Positions 44,980 through 54,394 of a DNA stretch of 64,000 bases are shown in pieces. Position 1 is the stretch's first letter, and each line of letters begins with the position of its first letter. Below the pieces are notes generated by a model. The model searched no databases and was not told the origin of the DNA. It was given only the letters and a program-made list of their open reading frames with translations. The stretch is taken from the IMG/VR virus record IMGVR_UViG_3300017655_000275; one strand, 5' to 3'. The position numbers and the translations under genes were made by a program. Source of the DNA: a virus. Its lineage: Duplodnaviria; Heunggongvirae; Uroviricota; Caudoviricetes.

Positions 44980-45275
44980 GAATCCGCCTCCGTCTCGAAT
45001 TTCTCGATCCTGATCCGCCAACTGCCAGATGGCACGCCGCGAACGGTCAGGTTTTTCACCTCGATCTCGATATCCTCCGCGCCCATTTCATTGGCCTTGC
45101 TGATCAGATATCCGGCAACCGCGGTCTCACCGCTGGCCTTGCCGTCATAGGCAGTCATGTTCGCGAATTGCCGGTTCAGGGCGTCTCCATAGAAGATTCC
45201 CATCGGGAAGAAGGTCTCGACAAGCCAATTGATCGGTTTTCGCAGCAGGCGCTGCGCCAGGTTATGCTGTGCCAT
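44976..45275 (-). CDS. hypothetical protein, upstream partner of the DUF4258 gene (possible antitoxin)
   Basis: GGGAGG SD 7 nt upstream. 99 aa. Confidence 0.45.
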   Translation of the reverse strand: MAQHNLAQRLLRKPINWLVETFFPMGIFYGDALNRQFANMTAYDGKASGETAVAGYLISKANEMGAEDIEIEVKNLTVRGVPSGSWRIRIEKFETEADS

Positions 45276-45966
45276 TCTTTGCCTCCCGGCTCTCCAGAAA
45301 GTCCTGAAACACGTCCAGATCGCCCATCCTGCAGCGGTAATGCATCGCGGGCGGACCCTGCACCTCCGAGGGGTGGCGTGTCATGTGATGGCCTGTCTTC
45401 GGCTGTTCCAGTTCGAGGCTGGCGGGTGCGTAAACCTGGCCTGGGAAATTGAAGGAGATCTCCGCCTCGATCATGGTCATGACACCCTCGATCTTCCTGA
45501 CATTCGCTGAAGGGCGGAAATCCCCCGTCCTGATGATCTCCACATCACCACATCGCTTGCGGATCATATCCGCCATCATGTCGAAATAGGCCTCGCTGAA
45601 CGCCGTCTTTCCGGCTCGGGAGGCCAGATCCTCCATACGGCAATGATGACAGCAATGGATGGCAAGATCGTAGAAGCCTACGACATCTTCGCTTCGCATT
45701 TCCTCATCGTCCAGGCTCCCCGAAGAGAGGCTCATGCCGCAGCCGTCACAGTCGAGGATCCATCCTTCATCGATCAGAACCGATGCGGGGATCTTCCCTC
45801 CCTCATAGATATCGAGGTTCTCGGCGCGCCTGACGACGATCGCATCCTCATCTGGATCCATGTCGAGAACGGTCTGAGCACCACGGGTCTTCGCCTCCTC
45901 CATCGTCTGAGCGAAGACGATACCACCTGTGTTTTCATGGTGTTCGGTTACGATGAAGGCGGGCAT
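45262..45966 (-). CDS. hypothetical Cys/His-rich protein (CDGCG...CCHHC)
   Basis: 234-aa ORF. The 3' end overlaps the next gene by 14 nt. Confidence 0.4.
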   Translation of the reverse strand: MPAFIVTEHHENTGGIVFAQTMEEAKTRGAQTVLDMDPDEDAIVVRRAENLDIYEGGKIPASVLIDEGWILDCDGCGMSLSSGSLDDEEMRSEDVVGFYDLAIHCCHHCRMEDLASRAGKTAFSEAYFDMMADMIRKRCGDVEIIRTGDFRPSANVRKIEGVMTMIEAEISFNFPGQVYAPASLELEQPKTGHHMTRHPSEVQGPPAMHYRCRMGDLDVFQDFLESREAKNGTA

Positions 45967-46023
45967 CCAATGACCTCGAGTTGCGCGTATGGATTGCGGT
46001 GACGGTCGCTTGCGCCTGACCTG

Positions 46024-46623
46024 TCACGAATGACCGGTCGGCATCGCAGCCGGCGACAGGAACTTGCGGACGATATCCGTAATCCGATCCTGGTGGAGCC
46101 AGACCGGCGGATCCTCTTCTCCGGCCTTCGTTTCGATCTTCCTGACCAGGTTGGCGAGCAGTATCTCCTCGGTGCCATCACCCTGAGCTCCGGTCGCAGT
46201 CATGCCAGACTGTCCGGACCTGACCTTTTCACTGAGGCGAGAGATTACCTCCGAAGCCCGTGAGGGCCAGAAATCCGGGGCCAGGTCATCCACCCAGGAA
46301 CAGAAACCGCGCGTGAAGGCCAGGCTGTTCTTCCTGTCCGCCCAACCACAAATCCCGACGAAACCATCCCGATTGAACGTAACGGCTTCCCGGTTGTCGA
46401 AATAGTCGGAGCTGCAGCGGATCTCGACAATTCGCCTCCCTCCGATACCGACGATCCGGATGCGCCCACCGACTTTTATGTCCCGCATATCCTCGCTGGT
46501 CGACCTGATAGATCGGTTGAGGTGTCTCACCAGAAGACGGAAATCTTCCCGATCAAGATCCTCAATGGACAGGCCGCTGGAGGCGAGATACTCCCTTGCG
46601 TGACAGCGGGCATGCAGGCTCAT
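46024..46623 (-). CDS. hypothetical protein
   Basis: Start at MSLHARC. ATGA overlap with the ASCH gene. Confidence 0.4.
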   Translation of the reverse strand: MSLHARCHAREYLASSGLSIEDLDREDFRLLVRHLNRSIRSTSEDMRDIKVGGRIRIVGIGGRRIVEIRCSSDYFDNREAVTFNRDGFVGICGWADRKNSLAFTRGFCSWVDDLAPDFWPSRASEVISRLSEKVRSGQSGMTATGAQGDGTEEILLANLVRKIETKAGEEDPPVWLHQDRITDIVRKFLSPAAMPTGHS

Positions 46624-46919
46624 GCCGTCTGTTCCTCCACCATGCGCAGACCGAGGACACACCAGCCTGGCGCAATTCCATCCTGACCGCCCTGCTGAAC
46701 GAATTCGATGCGGAAGCTCTTCCTGATGGAGTTCCGGGTCTGAGGATCCATTTCAGCATAGCGACCCGTGTCGTCCATCATGCGATAGACGATGATGTCC
46801 CCCCGCTGAAAGTCGGCATGGACCGGTCTTGTGTCGAAGGAGCGATCGCCGGCCGCGAGCAACTCGAAGCGGTGCTTGATCAGGTCCAGCTTGTGAATGC
46901 GGGTCATCGATATCTCCAC
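46620..46919 (-). CDS. ASCH (PUA-like) domain protein
   Basis: IKHRFELLAAGDRSFDTR...FQRGDIIVY matches the ASCH pattern. Confidence 0.5.
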   Translation of the reverse strand: MEISMTRIHKLDLIKHRFELLAAGDRSFDTRPVHADFQRGDIIVYRMMDDTGRYAEMDPQTRNSIRKSFRIEFVQQGGQDGIAPGWCVLGLRMVEEQTA

Positions 46920-47006
46920 ATGAGAATTTGTTCGATGTTACCCGATCGCCTGTCAGAAAGGCAAACAATTTCACATGGCGCAATGCCGTTGTATGCTGGT
47001 CGCCGA

Positions 47007-47516
47007 TCAGAGACCAGGTGCATCCTCCAGGTCCTGGCCTGGCGTCTGTCCCGCCTCGATGATCTCCAGGGTTCCGCGCTCTGGAAGCACCACCGGCGCA
47101 CCCCAATAGTTCACGCCAACCCGGTTCAGAGCGTCCCTCCAGCCATCAGCTGATGGCACCGAAACGATGCCATTATCATCATAGGTCGGAAGGATATCGG
47201 AATACTCGACCCCATCCCGGTCGATATTGATCCACTCCGCTCCCAAGCCGCGCGCAAGCGCCTGGATCAGCACCAGATCCGGATGGCGTTCAGCAAGAGG
47301 CTTGAAGAGCCCCGCAGTGAAAGCGCGATCGAGGGGTGCATCATCGCCCCGATAGGAGTTCACCAGGAACCCTTCCTCCCGGATAGCAATAGACGGGCCC
47401 TCGGACATATCACCCTTTTCCGCCTCGATCCTCTCGATCGTGTCACGGGAAAGATGTGCTGTCGAAATGGTGAGGATCGTGGCTTGCTCGATCCCGAATT
47501 CGTTCTGCTTTGTCAT
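47007..47516 (-). CDS. hypothetical protein
   Basis: 169 aa. Inverted TTTTTTTCGCAT motif upstream on its strand. Confidence 0.4.
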   Translation of the reverse strand: MTKQNEFGIEQATILTISTAHLSRDTIERIEAEKGDMSEGPSIAIREEGFLVNSYRGDDAPLDRAFTAGLFKPLAERHPDLVLIQALARGLGAEWINIDRDGVEYSDILPTYDDNGIVSVPSADGWRDALNRVGVNYWGAPVVLPERGTLEIIEAGQTPGQDLEDAPGL

Positions 47517-47579
47517 GACGTAACCTCACTGTCGGTCCACACTAATATAGAAGAGCGATGCGAAAAAAATGCAAACCAA

Positions 47580-48131
47580 TCAGGGAGCGGGAGATGTATC
47601 GAGCTCCGTTTCCGGAGGGGATATCGAAGTCCAGCAGTCGGATACCCATATCTCGATATCTTCGGGCGCGATCGATCTGGAAACGAACCAGCAGCCATCG
47701 GCCTCCCTCGGATCTGGGTTCCTGTCCTGCAACCTATCTTCCTTGATCCTGAGCAGGCAGGGGCGCGTTTTCGACATTTGCACCGCATAGAACTCCGCAG
47801 CCCGGATCGTGTCACAAAAGAAGACCCGATCCTGCCTGTGGAGCGCATATCCGTCCTTGGCCCAGGAGCTTTTCTTGTTGGGTGCAAGTCCTTCGATCCC
47901 GATCAGGCGAGCTCGGGACATCGATGTCCCGTGATAAAAAAAGCCAGCTTCGGTGATGGGAATGGGAATTCCGCTTGCCGCCGCCTGAGATGCAATCATG
48001 TCACGTTGCTCTTGCGTCATCCTGAACAACTCGGTGGGAGATATCTTCTCTCTGACGACCCACGCATTGAATCGCCTGCCTTTTGCAGCGATCCTGTCCA
48101 ACTCGAAACGGTCCATGTCCGGCGCCCTCAT
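47580..48131 (-). CDS. Tpt1/KptA-like ADP-ribosyltransferase-fold protein (divergent paralogue, different N-terminus)
   Basis: FFYHGTSMSRARLIGIEGL compared with E. coli KptA FLYHGTASRFLDEIKKQGL. Confidence 0.45.
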   Translation of the reverse strand: MRAPDMDRFELDRIAAKGRRFNAWVVREKISPTELFRMTQEQRDMIASQAAASGIPIPITEAGFFYHGTSMSRARLIGIEGLAPNKKSSWAKDGYALHRQDRVFFCDTIRAAEFYAVQMSKTRPCLLRIKEDRLQDRNPDPREADGCWFVSRSIAPEDIEIWVSDCWTSISPPETELDTSPAP

Positions 48132-48865
48132 CAGTGCTCGAAACCAGGAGTCGCATCATCGTCGATGTCAGGATCGATCCCCAAATCCCTGATCGCACCA
48201 TCCGGATCCTCCGGCGGCCAGATCCTTTCCTGTTCGGCATGGATCAGATGAAGCCCCGGGAGCTCGCCCCGCGGGTCCAGAGCCAGGGACCAGCCATGAT
48301 CTTCGGCGACTTGGTAAAGGCGTTCCTGCCGCACCATATCGATACGCTCCACCATCGGGAACTTCATGTCCCGGAACTCCTCGTAGCTTCCCATCCGCGG
48401 ATGGGATTTCCCCAAATCCGTGAGTGCCCAGGATCTTGCCATGCTGGTGCGGGTGTTGTCGTCCCAGACCGGGCGGACGAACCCTTTCGTCTGCAGCTCA
48501 TCGAGCGCCATCATGGCTGTCTGATGAAGCTTGATCTCCACATTCGAGACCGTGAACACCCGATCCCTGTCGCCGAACTGGCTGAACAGGACGGCCTTCG
48601 CCGCAGGGGAGATATTGGGCAGGTCCAGGACATCCCAGATCAACTCGCGCGGGGGGCTCTTGTCCTCCCATGCGACAGCCTTTCCATCGGGGTAGACGTG
48701 ACCATGCGATGTTTTCCCGACCTCGACAAAGGAATAGGCGTCGCCCACAGCAATTTCGTGTTCCTCGACCAGCCTGTTGAAGATCTCCACAGGCTGGTCG
48801 TCAAGGCCAGTCCTGGCAATGATGGGGTCGCGACCGCGTGCGCGTAGAACGTATTTTTGTGCCAT
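48131..48865 (-). CDS. hypothetical protein
   Basis: Start MAQKYV. The stop overlaps the downstream start by 1 nt. Confidence 0.4.
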   Translation of the reverse strand: MAQKYVLRARGRDPIIARTGLDDQPVEIFNRLVEEHEIAVGDAYSFVEVGKTSHGHVYPDGKAVAWEDKSPPRELIWDVLDLPNISPAAKAVLFSQFGDRDRVFTVSNVEIKLHQTAMMALDELQTKGFVRPVWDDNTRTSMARSWALTDLGKSHPRMGSYEEFRDMKFPMVERIDMVRQERLYQVAEDHGWSLALDPRGELPGLHLIHAEQERIWPPEDPDGAIRDLGIDPDIDDDATPGFEH

Positions 48866-49052
48866 GTCGATCCTCATCCATCAGCATGCCTTCAAGTTAG
48901 TCCGGCCTGTCGAAAAACCCATAAGCCTCGGTGAAAAACGCGACGGGACCGGTTTCCGGACGGTGTTTGCAACCACCGCCGGACCTGGTCCCGCCACTTC
49001 GCTCCCGCCGTTCCAGATACGCGGACCGGGCGCGCAACTCAGACACTGAGCC

Positions 49053-49643
49053 TCAGTGCATCTTGCCTTTCAAATGAATCATCACGCATTGAAATTCACC
49101 GTCATCAATCGACACCCGGGGGCCGGCCGCCTCCGCCTCGAGGCCACACCGGCTGAAAAACCGTGGCCAAGTGGCATCGGTCAGTGCGATGAGATGAAGT
49201 GCTCCCAACTCACGGGCTGTTTCAATGATCGATTCCACAAGACGCATTTGCACCCGGCGCCGGCCGCCTTGGGGGATGGCGTGATCGATGAAGACGCGGG
49301 TCAACTCCCAGGTATTCTGGTCGACCGGCGCTTCTGAATCCAGAAGATTCTCCGGGATCGACCCGCCAAGAATTCCGTTCTGGGCGTCGCGGATCATGTA
49401 ACTGTAGCTGCCGCATACCGCCGTGGTCGGAGTCAGACGGAATCCGGCAAGCACGCGCTCACTGTCGTGAATCGCGATCCACCTGCTCATCGGCGTATCG
49501 TATTGGTCGAATTCCATTCCATCGGTTTCCGGAAGCTGCCACTTCCGACGGTCGATGAAATGTTGCTTCCTCGCGCGAAACAAATTCGCGAAGAGCTCCC
49601 CATGTTTATGGATGTTCGAATAGGATAGGGTGGTCGTCTGCAC
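49053..49643 (-). CDS. luxI: acyl-homoserine-lactone synthase, LuxI family
   Basis: LFRARKQHFIDRRKWQL...EFDQYD, RLTPTT and ELTRVFI resemble LuxI conserved blocks (R24/F28/W34/D45/D48/R68-equivalent). Confidence 0.7.
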   Translation of the reverse strand: MQTTTLSYSNIHKHGELFANLFRARKQHFIDRRKWQLPETDGMEFDQYDTPMSRWIAIHDSERVLAGFRLTPTTAVCGSYSYMIRDAQNGILGGSIPENLLDSEAPVDQNTWELTRVFIDHAIPQGGRRRVQMRLVESIIETARELGALHLIALTDATWPRFFSRCGLEAEAAGPRVSIDDGEFQCVMIHLKGKMH

Positions 49644-49727
49644 GAAAATCGTTCCTGTTCAGCAAAAAGTTGATCGTTATTGGATCGGGATTTACGGATC
49701 TGGCCTTCAGACGCTGCCTCAGCGACG

Positions 49728-49991
49728 TCACGTGCGGCAAGCCAGCGTCAGAATATGCGGCTTTCCCTGTCCGCTCTTGCAATTTTCCTCGTCGCAGATC
49801 CTGATGTCCTGGATGCGCGGCCGGTCGCGCAGGGCCGTGTAGAATGGACTTGCGACTGCAGAAGCGGCACATTCCGCCATGGCTTCGGCTTCTGCCACGC
49901 TATGAGCATTGAAGGCGCTTCCGCGGAAAGCCTTGCGGACCGCATCGGCGACAGCCTCCCTGACCTGGAGATAGGCATCGACGTCAGTCAT
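49728..49991 (-). CDS. hypothetical small protein
   Basis: ATGA overlap with the downstream gene. Confidence 0.35.
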   Translation of the reverse strand: MTDVDAYLQVREAVADAVRKAFRGSAFNAHSVAEAEAMAECAASAVASPFYTALRDRPRIQDIRICDEENCKSGQGKPHILTLACRT

Positions 49992-50800
49992 GGCTGAACC
50001 TCGTCCTCGATCTCATCCTCTTCCAGATTCTGGATCCATCCGGCCCAGGCTTCTTCCTCTGCCTGGCTCAAGTCGAAACCGAGATTGCGCAACTCCGACA
50101 GCATCTCGCGGCCGCCCTCTGCGGTTTCATCGAAATCGATGATCGCAAGACCGCCGAGAGACAGGTTGGCCTGGCCGCAAGAGGGAAAGGCGGGCTTGCG
50201 TTCCTCCTCGCTGGCTGCCTGATGAACCTTCAGGTATTCCAGAAGGCGGGGATCATCCTCACTGCGGACATCGCGTGGAAAAACGAGTTCGAATTTCTCA
50301 CGGGCGGTTCTTTCGATTTCGGTTACCTCGTCATAGGACCGTTCGCCAGGGAAGGTGGCCGTGGCAAATGACGCATTCAGCCATTCGACCGATGCCCCAT
50401 GGGTCTCCAGGAAGAACTCGACATCCTTTCTGGAGATGGTGAGCTCGTATGAGGTGATCAGGCCCGCCTCGGAGAGTTTGCGCAGTTGGGCATGATGGCT
50501 GTCCATGTCGGCATAGACATTCGAGAAGGCGAGGATCCTCGTCAGATCCGTATAACCCTGCATACTGAGGATGGATCCGGTCATGAAATCCGTCACGATC
50601 AACCCGTATCCAGAAGGATGAAGACCATCCGACTTCTGCTTGCCATCGGTGATTTTCCCGATCGCATACTCGATGCCTGCGTTTTCCCCGCGGGCAAATG
50701 CCGGTGTCAGCATCCCGGTCGGAAGCGTGTTCGTCCAGCCTGTAAAGCATCGGACTGATCCGGTCGCATCCCTGATGACCCAGTTGAGTGTGCCGCCCAT
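49988..50800 (-). CDS. hypothetical protein
   Basis: Start chosen at M9 (GAAAGG SD), which removes a 23-nt overlap. Confidence 0.4.
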   Translation of the reverse strand: MGGTLNWVIRDATGSVRCFTGWTNTLPTGMLTPAFARGENAGIEYAIGKITDGKQKSDGLHPSGYGLIVTDFMTGSILSMQGYTDLTRILAFSNVYADMDSHHAQLRKLSEAGLITSYELTISRKDVEFFLETHGASVEWLNASFATATFPGERSYDEVTEIERTAREKFELVFPRDVRSEDDPRLLEYLKVHQAASEEERKPAFPSCGQANLSLGGLAIIDFDETAEGGREMLSELRNLGFDLSQAEEEAWAGWIQNLEEDEIEDEVQP

Positions 50801-50801
50801 C

Positions 50802-51359
50802 TCAGGACCTTTCCATATCTTCATGAATGGGTTTCACGATTGGCGGTAGCAATGCATCGATGCGGGACCGATCGACAGGGTTTTCGAGAGGATAGATACC
50901 GTATTGTGCCTTCAGGTAGCGATTTGCCGCCGACAGGATATCGTCCTGCGCCATTTTCACCGTGTATTGAAGCGCCTCCTGGTCTGAAAGGCGGGGCAGC
51001 GCCCTGATTTGCCCAGAGTAGATCATCGCCGAACGGTCACCATCGATGCGTGGTGTCAGGTAATCTCCATCCCTGTCCCGGCCTAACGCCCAAGTGTCGA
51101 TGATCCCGGCCGCCCGCCGGATGGTCGCTTCTTCGATACCGGCGACAAGCTCCTCGGCCTTTTCAGCCCGATAGTTTTCCCTGACCCAGTCGACCTGAAG
51201 GGCATCGCACTGCTTCTTCAGGCGGTCGACCTCCGCCCGAAGCTCACGGCTTTCATCCGCGAGCTTTCGCAGCTGCGCCCGGGACAGGACAACCGGCCCG
51301 TCACCGTTCAGGATAATCCCGATACGGGTCTCCGGGTCATCTTGAGGTTTTTCACACAT
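50802..51359 (-). CDS. hypothetical protein
   Basis: 185-aa ORF in the co-directional array. Confidence 0.4.
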   Translation of the reverse strand: MCEKPQDDPETRIGIILNGDGPVVLSRAQLRKLADESRELRAEVDRLKKQCDALQVDWVRENYRAEKAEELVAGIEEATIRRAAGIIDTWALGRDRDGDYLTPRIDGDRSAMIYSGQIRALPRLSDQEALQYTVKMAQDDILSAANRYLKAQYGIYPLENPVDRSRIDALLPPIVKPIHEDMERS

Positions 51360-51990
51360 CGGAGGCGCTCAGTTTCTGAAGGAAGTTCCTGGTCTGCTCC
51401 GATGATCCGCTATCCTGAAGCAACGCCTCGGCAACTGGATCACCGCGTTTCAACAGGCCCAGGATGACATTCGCGGCAAAGCGCGTCAGGGCCGGACAGG
51501 CGGCCGGTGTCGTGACCGTCAGTGCCTCTCCAACAGGTTTGACCGCTTGTTTGCTGCGGATTTTCTCGACCTTCGTCCAGACCCTGGAGAGTTCCTTTTC
51601 GCCGGCATCATGCATGTCGATGCCTTGCTTCAGGCAATAGGCGGCCAGTGTCAGCATGACGCCGCCGACCTCCTGCTCGGGCTCCCCCTTGGGACGTGAC
51701 CAGACATAGCCGATCATCGCCGCGGCGCGCTCGATCGGATAATCCCCGGACTGAAGCAGCTCGAGGACCTCTTCCAGGAGGCGATCACCTCGCTCGAGGT
51801 GATCGTTGCTGATCTCGGGTCCGAAGCAAGCCTCCATCCATGGTGCTACCCGAGACTGGAGACTTCCCTCAGCCTCCCGCATCGCCGATGCCGAAGAAGG
51901 CGCCCAATACAGCTCCCGTCCATCGGGAAGCCGCCCCACGGGACGATAAGGCGCCTCAGCAGCGCTGTCGCTCGCTGCGGCCTTCATCAC
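51352..51990 (-). CDS. MazG-like nucleoside-triphosphate pyrophosphohydrolase-fold protein
   Basis: DHLERGDRLLEEVLELLQ (E..E..E then D pattern). Confidence 0.35.
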   Translation of the reverse strand: MMKAAASDSAAEAPYRPVGRLPDGRELYWAPSSASAMREAEGSLQSRVAPWMEACFGPEISNDHLERGDRLLEEVLELLQSGDYPIERAAAMIGYVWSRPKGEPEQEVGGVMLTLAAYCLKQGIDMHDAGEKELSRVWTKVEKIRSKQAVKPVGEALTVTTPAACPALTRFAANVILGLLKRGDPVAEALLQDSGSSEQTRNFLQKLSASDV

Positions 51991-52217
51991 AAGCCATCCC
52001 GGTTGACGCTGTGCATGACGCAGTCGCCGCTGATGACCCAGCCGAAGCGATCCCCGTCACCGCCCCAGCCACGACCGTAATGATTGTCCATCCTCGCACA
52101 TTTACATCCCAGAGCCATGGCGGCATCGCTGCCTGGCTTTGGCGGGAGAGCGGAACCACCGGGAGGTGGCGCATAGGATGACTGCATCGCGGGGGATGAC
52201 TGAACTGACATGCTCAT
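51987..52217 (-). CDS. hypothetical small protein
   Basis: ATGA overlap with the MazG-like gene. Confidence 0.3.
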   Translation of the reverse strand: MSMSVQSSPAMQSSYAPPPGGSALPPKPGSDAAMALGCKCARMDNHYGRGWGGDGDRFGWVISGDCVMHSVNRDGL

Positions 52218-52229
52218 CTTCGCCTTTCC

Positions 52230-52430
52230 TCAGTCCGGCCACTCGACACGAACCCGATGGCCGCAGCTGTCGCAGCGATAGTCGTCGCAACATCCGTCCG
52301 AGCAGCCACCGTCATCGGCCATCGGCCGATCGCAGCATTGCGGCCCTTTGACCCGACCGGCATCCAGGACCTCGGCGGGCTTGTATCCGCTCGGAGCTTC
52401 GCGGATCTCCGTATTCGACATGTATGGCAT
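52230..52430 (-). CDS. hypothetical small Cys-rich protein
   Basis: 66 aa with 10 Cys (CCDRP...CSDGCCDDYRCDSCGH). First gene of the minus array. Confidence 0.35.
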   Translation of the reverse strand: MPYMSNTEIREAPSGYKPAEVLDAGRVKGPQCCDRPMADDGGCSDGCCDDYRCDSCGHRVRVEWPD

Positions 52431-52480
52431 TCCGACCTCTTACGTTTTCCTGATCATACAACAGCCCAACCGTGACTGTC

Positions 52481-52489
52481 ATGCGAAAA
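52481..52489 (+). promoter_or_regulatory. ATGCGAAAA motif instance in the divergent region 52431-52621 (a second copy, ATGAGAAAA, at 52593-52601)
   Basis: One member of the recurrent motif family. Confidence 0.3.
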
Positions 52490-52621
52490 TGTATTGGAGA
52501 ATCCGTATCGATGAGAGCGGGTCGTTGATCTGTAATCAGGATCACGCAATGATTTCAGCGCTGGTCAGGCGAAAACCTGCGTGATAATCTGCATGAGAAA
52601 ATGCCTCAAGAGGAAAGCACC

Positions 52622-53602
52622 ATGGGTCTCATTTCTGCCATCGTCTGGCTGATCGTCGGTCTGATCGCCCTGAGCCTCGCGCTCTCGATGATCGTCATCA
52701 CCCCGCAGCGCCACGTGAAGGTTCTCGAAACCTTCGGTAAGTATTCCGGCTATCGCAAGGCGGGCCTGAGCTTCAAGGCGCCCTGGCCGATCCAGGCCGT
52801 GTCCGCCGTGAAATCGCTGCAGACCATGGAGATCTCGCAGGAGGTTTCCGTGATGTCGGCAGACAACGCCTCGGTCATCCTGCCGATCCGGATCCAGATG
52901 ACAGTCGATGAATCGGATGTGGAAGCGGCAACCTACAAGCTCGACAATCCCGCGCAGCAGATCAAATCATATGTGACCAACCAGGTCAGGGCCACTGCCG
53001 GGCGGATGAAGATGATCGACCTGTTCAAGGCGCGTGATGCCTTCAAGGACGATATCGAGCAGGAGCTCAGCGCGAAGATGGCCGAATGCGGCTATCGGAT
53101 CATCGACGTACTGGTCGACGATCCGCAGCCTTCGGCCGAACTCCGGGCGGCATTCGAACGTGTCCTGGCCTCGGAGCGGCTGAAAGAGGCGGCAATCAAC
53201 GAGGCCGAGGCAAACAAGACCATGCTGGTGGCAACCGCAAAGGCCGAAGCAGAAAGCGTGCGTGAAAAAGGGAAGGGCCTGGCCGATTTCCGCAACACCA
53301 TCGCAGAAGGGCAATCTGCCGCCATGAAGAAATTCATGGATGGGACCGACCTGACGCATAAGGATGCCCTTTCGTTCATGCTGGCCGTCAACGAGATGGA
53401 AGCGCTGACGACTGTCGGCCAGTCGGGCGGCAAGGTGATCTTCGTGACGGGTTCTGCCGGCGGGCGGGACAACAGCCCGGCGATGTTTCCGCTTCTGGCG
53501 GCAAACCTGGAGCCTGGCAGTGCAGCGCCGAAATCCGCGGCAAAGCCACCGCGCAAACCATCGGCTGTGAAGGCCGAGAAGGTGATCGAAGCAGAAGCTT
53601 GA
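52622..53602 (+). CDS. SPFH/Band-7 (stomatin/prohibitin-like) membrane protein
   Basis: N-terminal TM helix, then SPFH-like region. AGAGGAAAG SD. ATGAGAAAA motif 29 nt upstream. Confidence 0.65.
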   Translation: MGLISAIVWLIVGLIALSLALSMIVITPQRHVKVLETFGKYSGYRKAGLSFKAPWPIQAVSAVKSLQTMEISQEVSVMSADNASVILPIRIQMTVDESDVEAATYKLDNPAQQIKSYVTNQVRATAGRMKMIDLFKARDAFKDDIEQELSAKMAECGYRIIDVLVDDPQPSAELRAAFERVLASERLKEAAINEAEANKTMLVATAKAEAESVREKGKGLADFRNTIAEGQSAAMKKFMDGTDLTHKDALSFMLAVNEMEALTTVGQSGGKVIFVTGSAGGRDNSPAMFPLLAANLEPGSAAPKSAAKPPRKPSAVKAEKVIEAEA

Positions 53603-53620
53603 TCCAACGCATATGAGAAA

Positions 53621-53660
53621 ACAATATAGCCGGCGGAGTTCCCGCCGGCTATATTGTTTG
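53621..53660 (+). terminator. Rho-independent terminator (16-bp GC-rich stem)
   Basis: Stem acaatatagccggcgg / ccgccggctatattgt, loop agttc, then ttg. Confidence 0.5.
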
Positions 53661-53679
53661 CAACGGTCGAGGAACCTCA

Positions 53680-53922
53680 ATGGCGAAAAAGCTTCTCTGG
53701 GTCGAAAACGAGGGTGAGCCACCCTACGCGGAGGCTGATACGGGCACCTATGTGATCAATGAACATTACCGAATGGTCGAAAGGATCATCGGCCATGGCC
53801 GATCGTTTCAGACGCGACTGGAACGCATCAGCCTCGAAAAGGGAGCAAGCCTGGAAGACCTCAAGACGGCTGCGCAGGACGATATGGACGCTCGCATCGC
53901 TCAATGGTCAGGTGTGGCATGA
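53680..53922 (+). CDS. hypothetical small protein
   Basis: GAGGAAC SD. Confidence 0.4.
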   Translation: MAKKLLWVENEGEPPYAEADTGTYVINEHYRMVERIIGHGRSFQTRLERISLEKGASLEDLKTAAQDDMDARIAQWSGVA

Positions 53923-54344
53923 TCGAAGGGTTCTATTGGCCGGCCGCCGCCGCGGATGCCGAAGCGGCCGCAGCTGAGGAGGTGCGGAGGCTCCTGAAGA
54001 CGCCTTTGCGCAGTTCCGCACTGGATCCAGGGTCATGTTTCGATCCATGGCTGCTCTTCACATCCATCTTCGGCGCCGACGCGTCATTCGATGAATGCGC
54101 GATCGCGGTTCTCGAAGACCTGGAGAAGATGACGGACAGGCGTTGCGACCTCGCCGGGCTTATGTTCAGGGAGATGCTTTGTAAGGCCAGGCTTTGCGAA
54201 TATGAGGAAAGTCCCCATGCTTGTCGGGCTACCTCGGCATTCAGGCCCCTCCTGTCGGAACTGCTTGCCAGATGGAGAGAATTTGCCTCGATGAAAACTG
54301 GATTCCACGAGGGAAACGGAAGAAATCTTCGGCAATCCGCATAG
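53919..54344 (+). CDS. hypothetical protein
   Basis: ATGA overlap with the upstream gene (start MIEGFYW). Confidence 0.35.
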   Translation: MIEGFYWPAAAADAEAAAAEEVRRLLKTPLRSSALDPGSCFDPWLLFTSIFGADASFDECAIAVLEDLEKMTDRRCDLAGLMFREMLCKARLCEYEESPHACRATSAFRPLLSELLARWREFASMKTGFHEGNGRNLRQSA

Positions 54345-54394
54345 ATAGAAAGAAGAAACTGTTCCTGGAGCATTTTCAAGAGGGAAGGCGAAAA

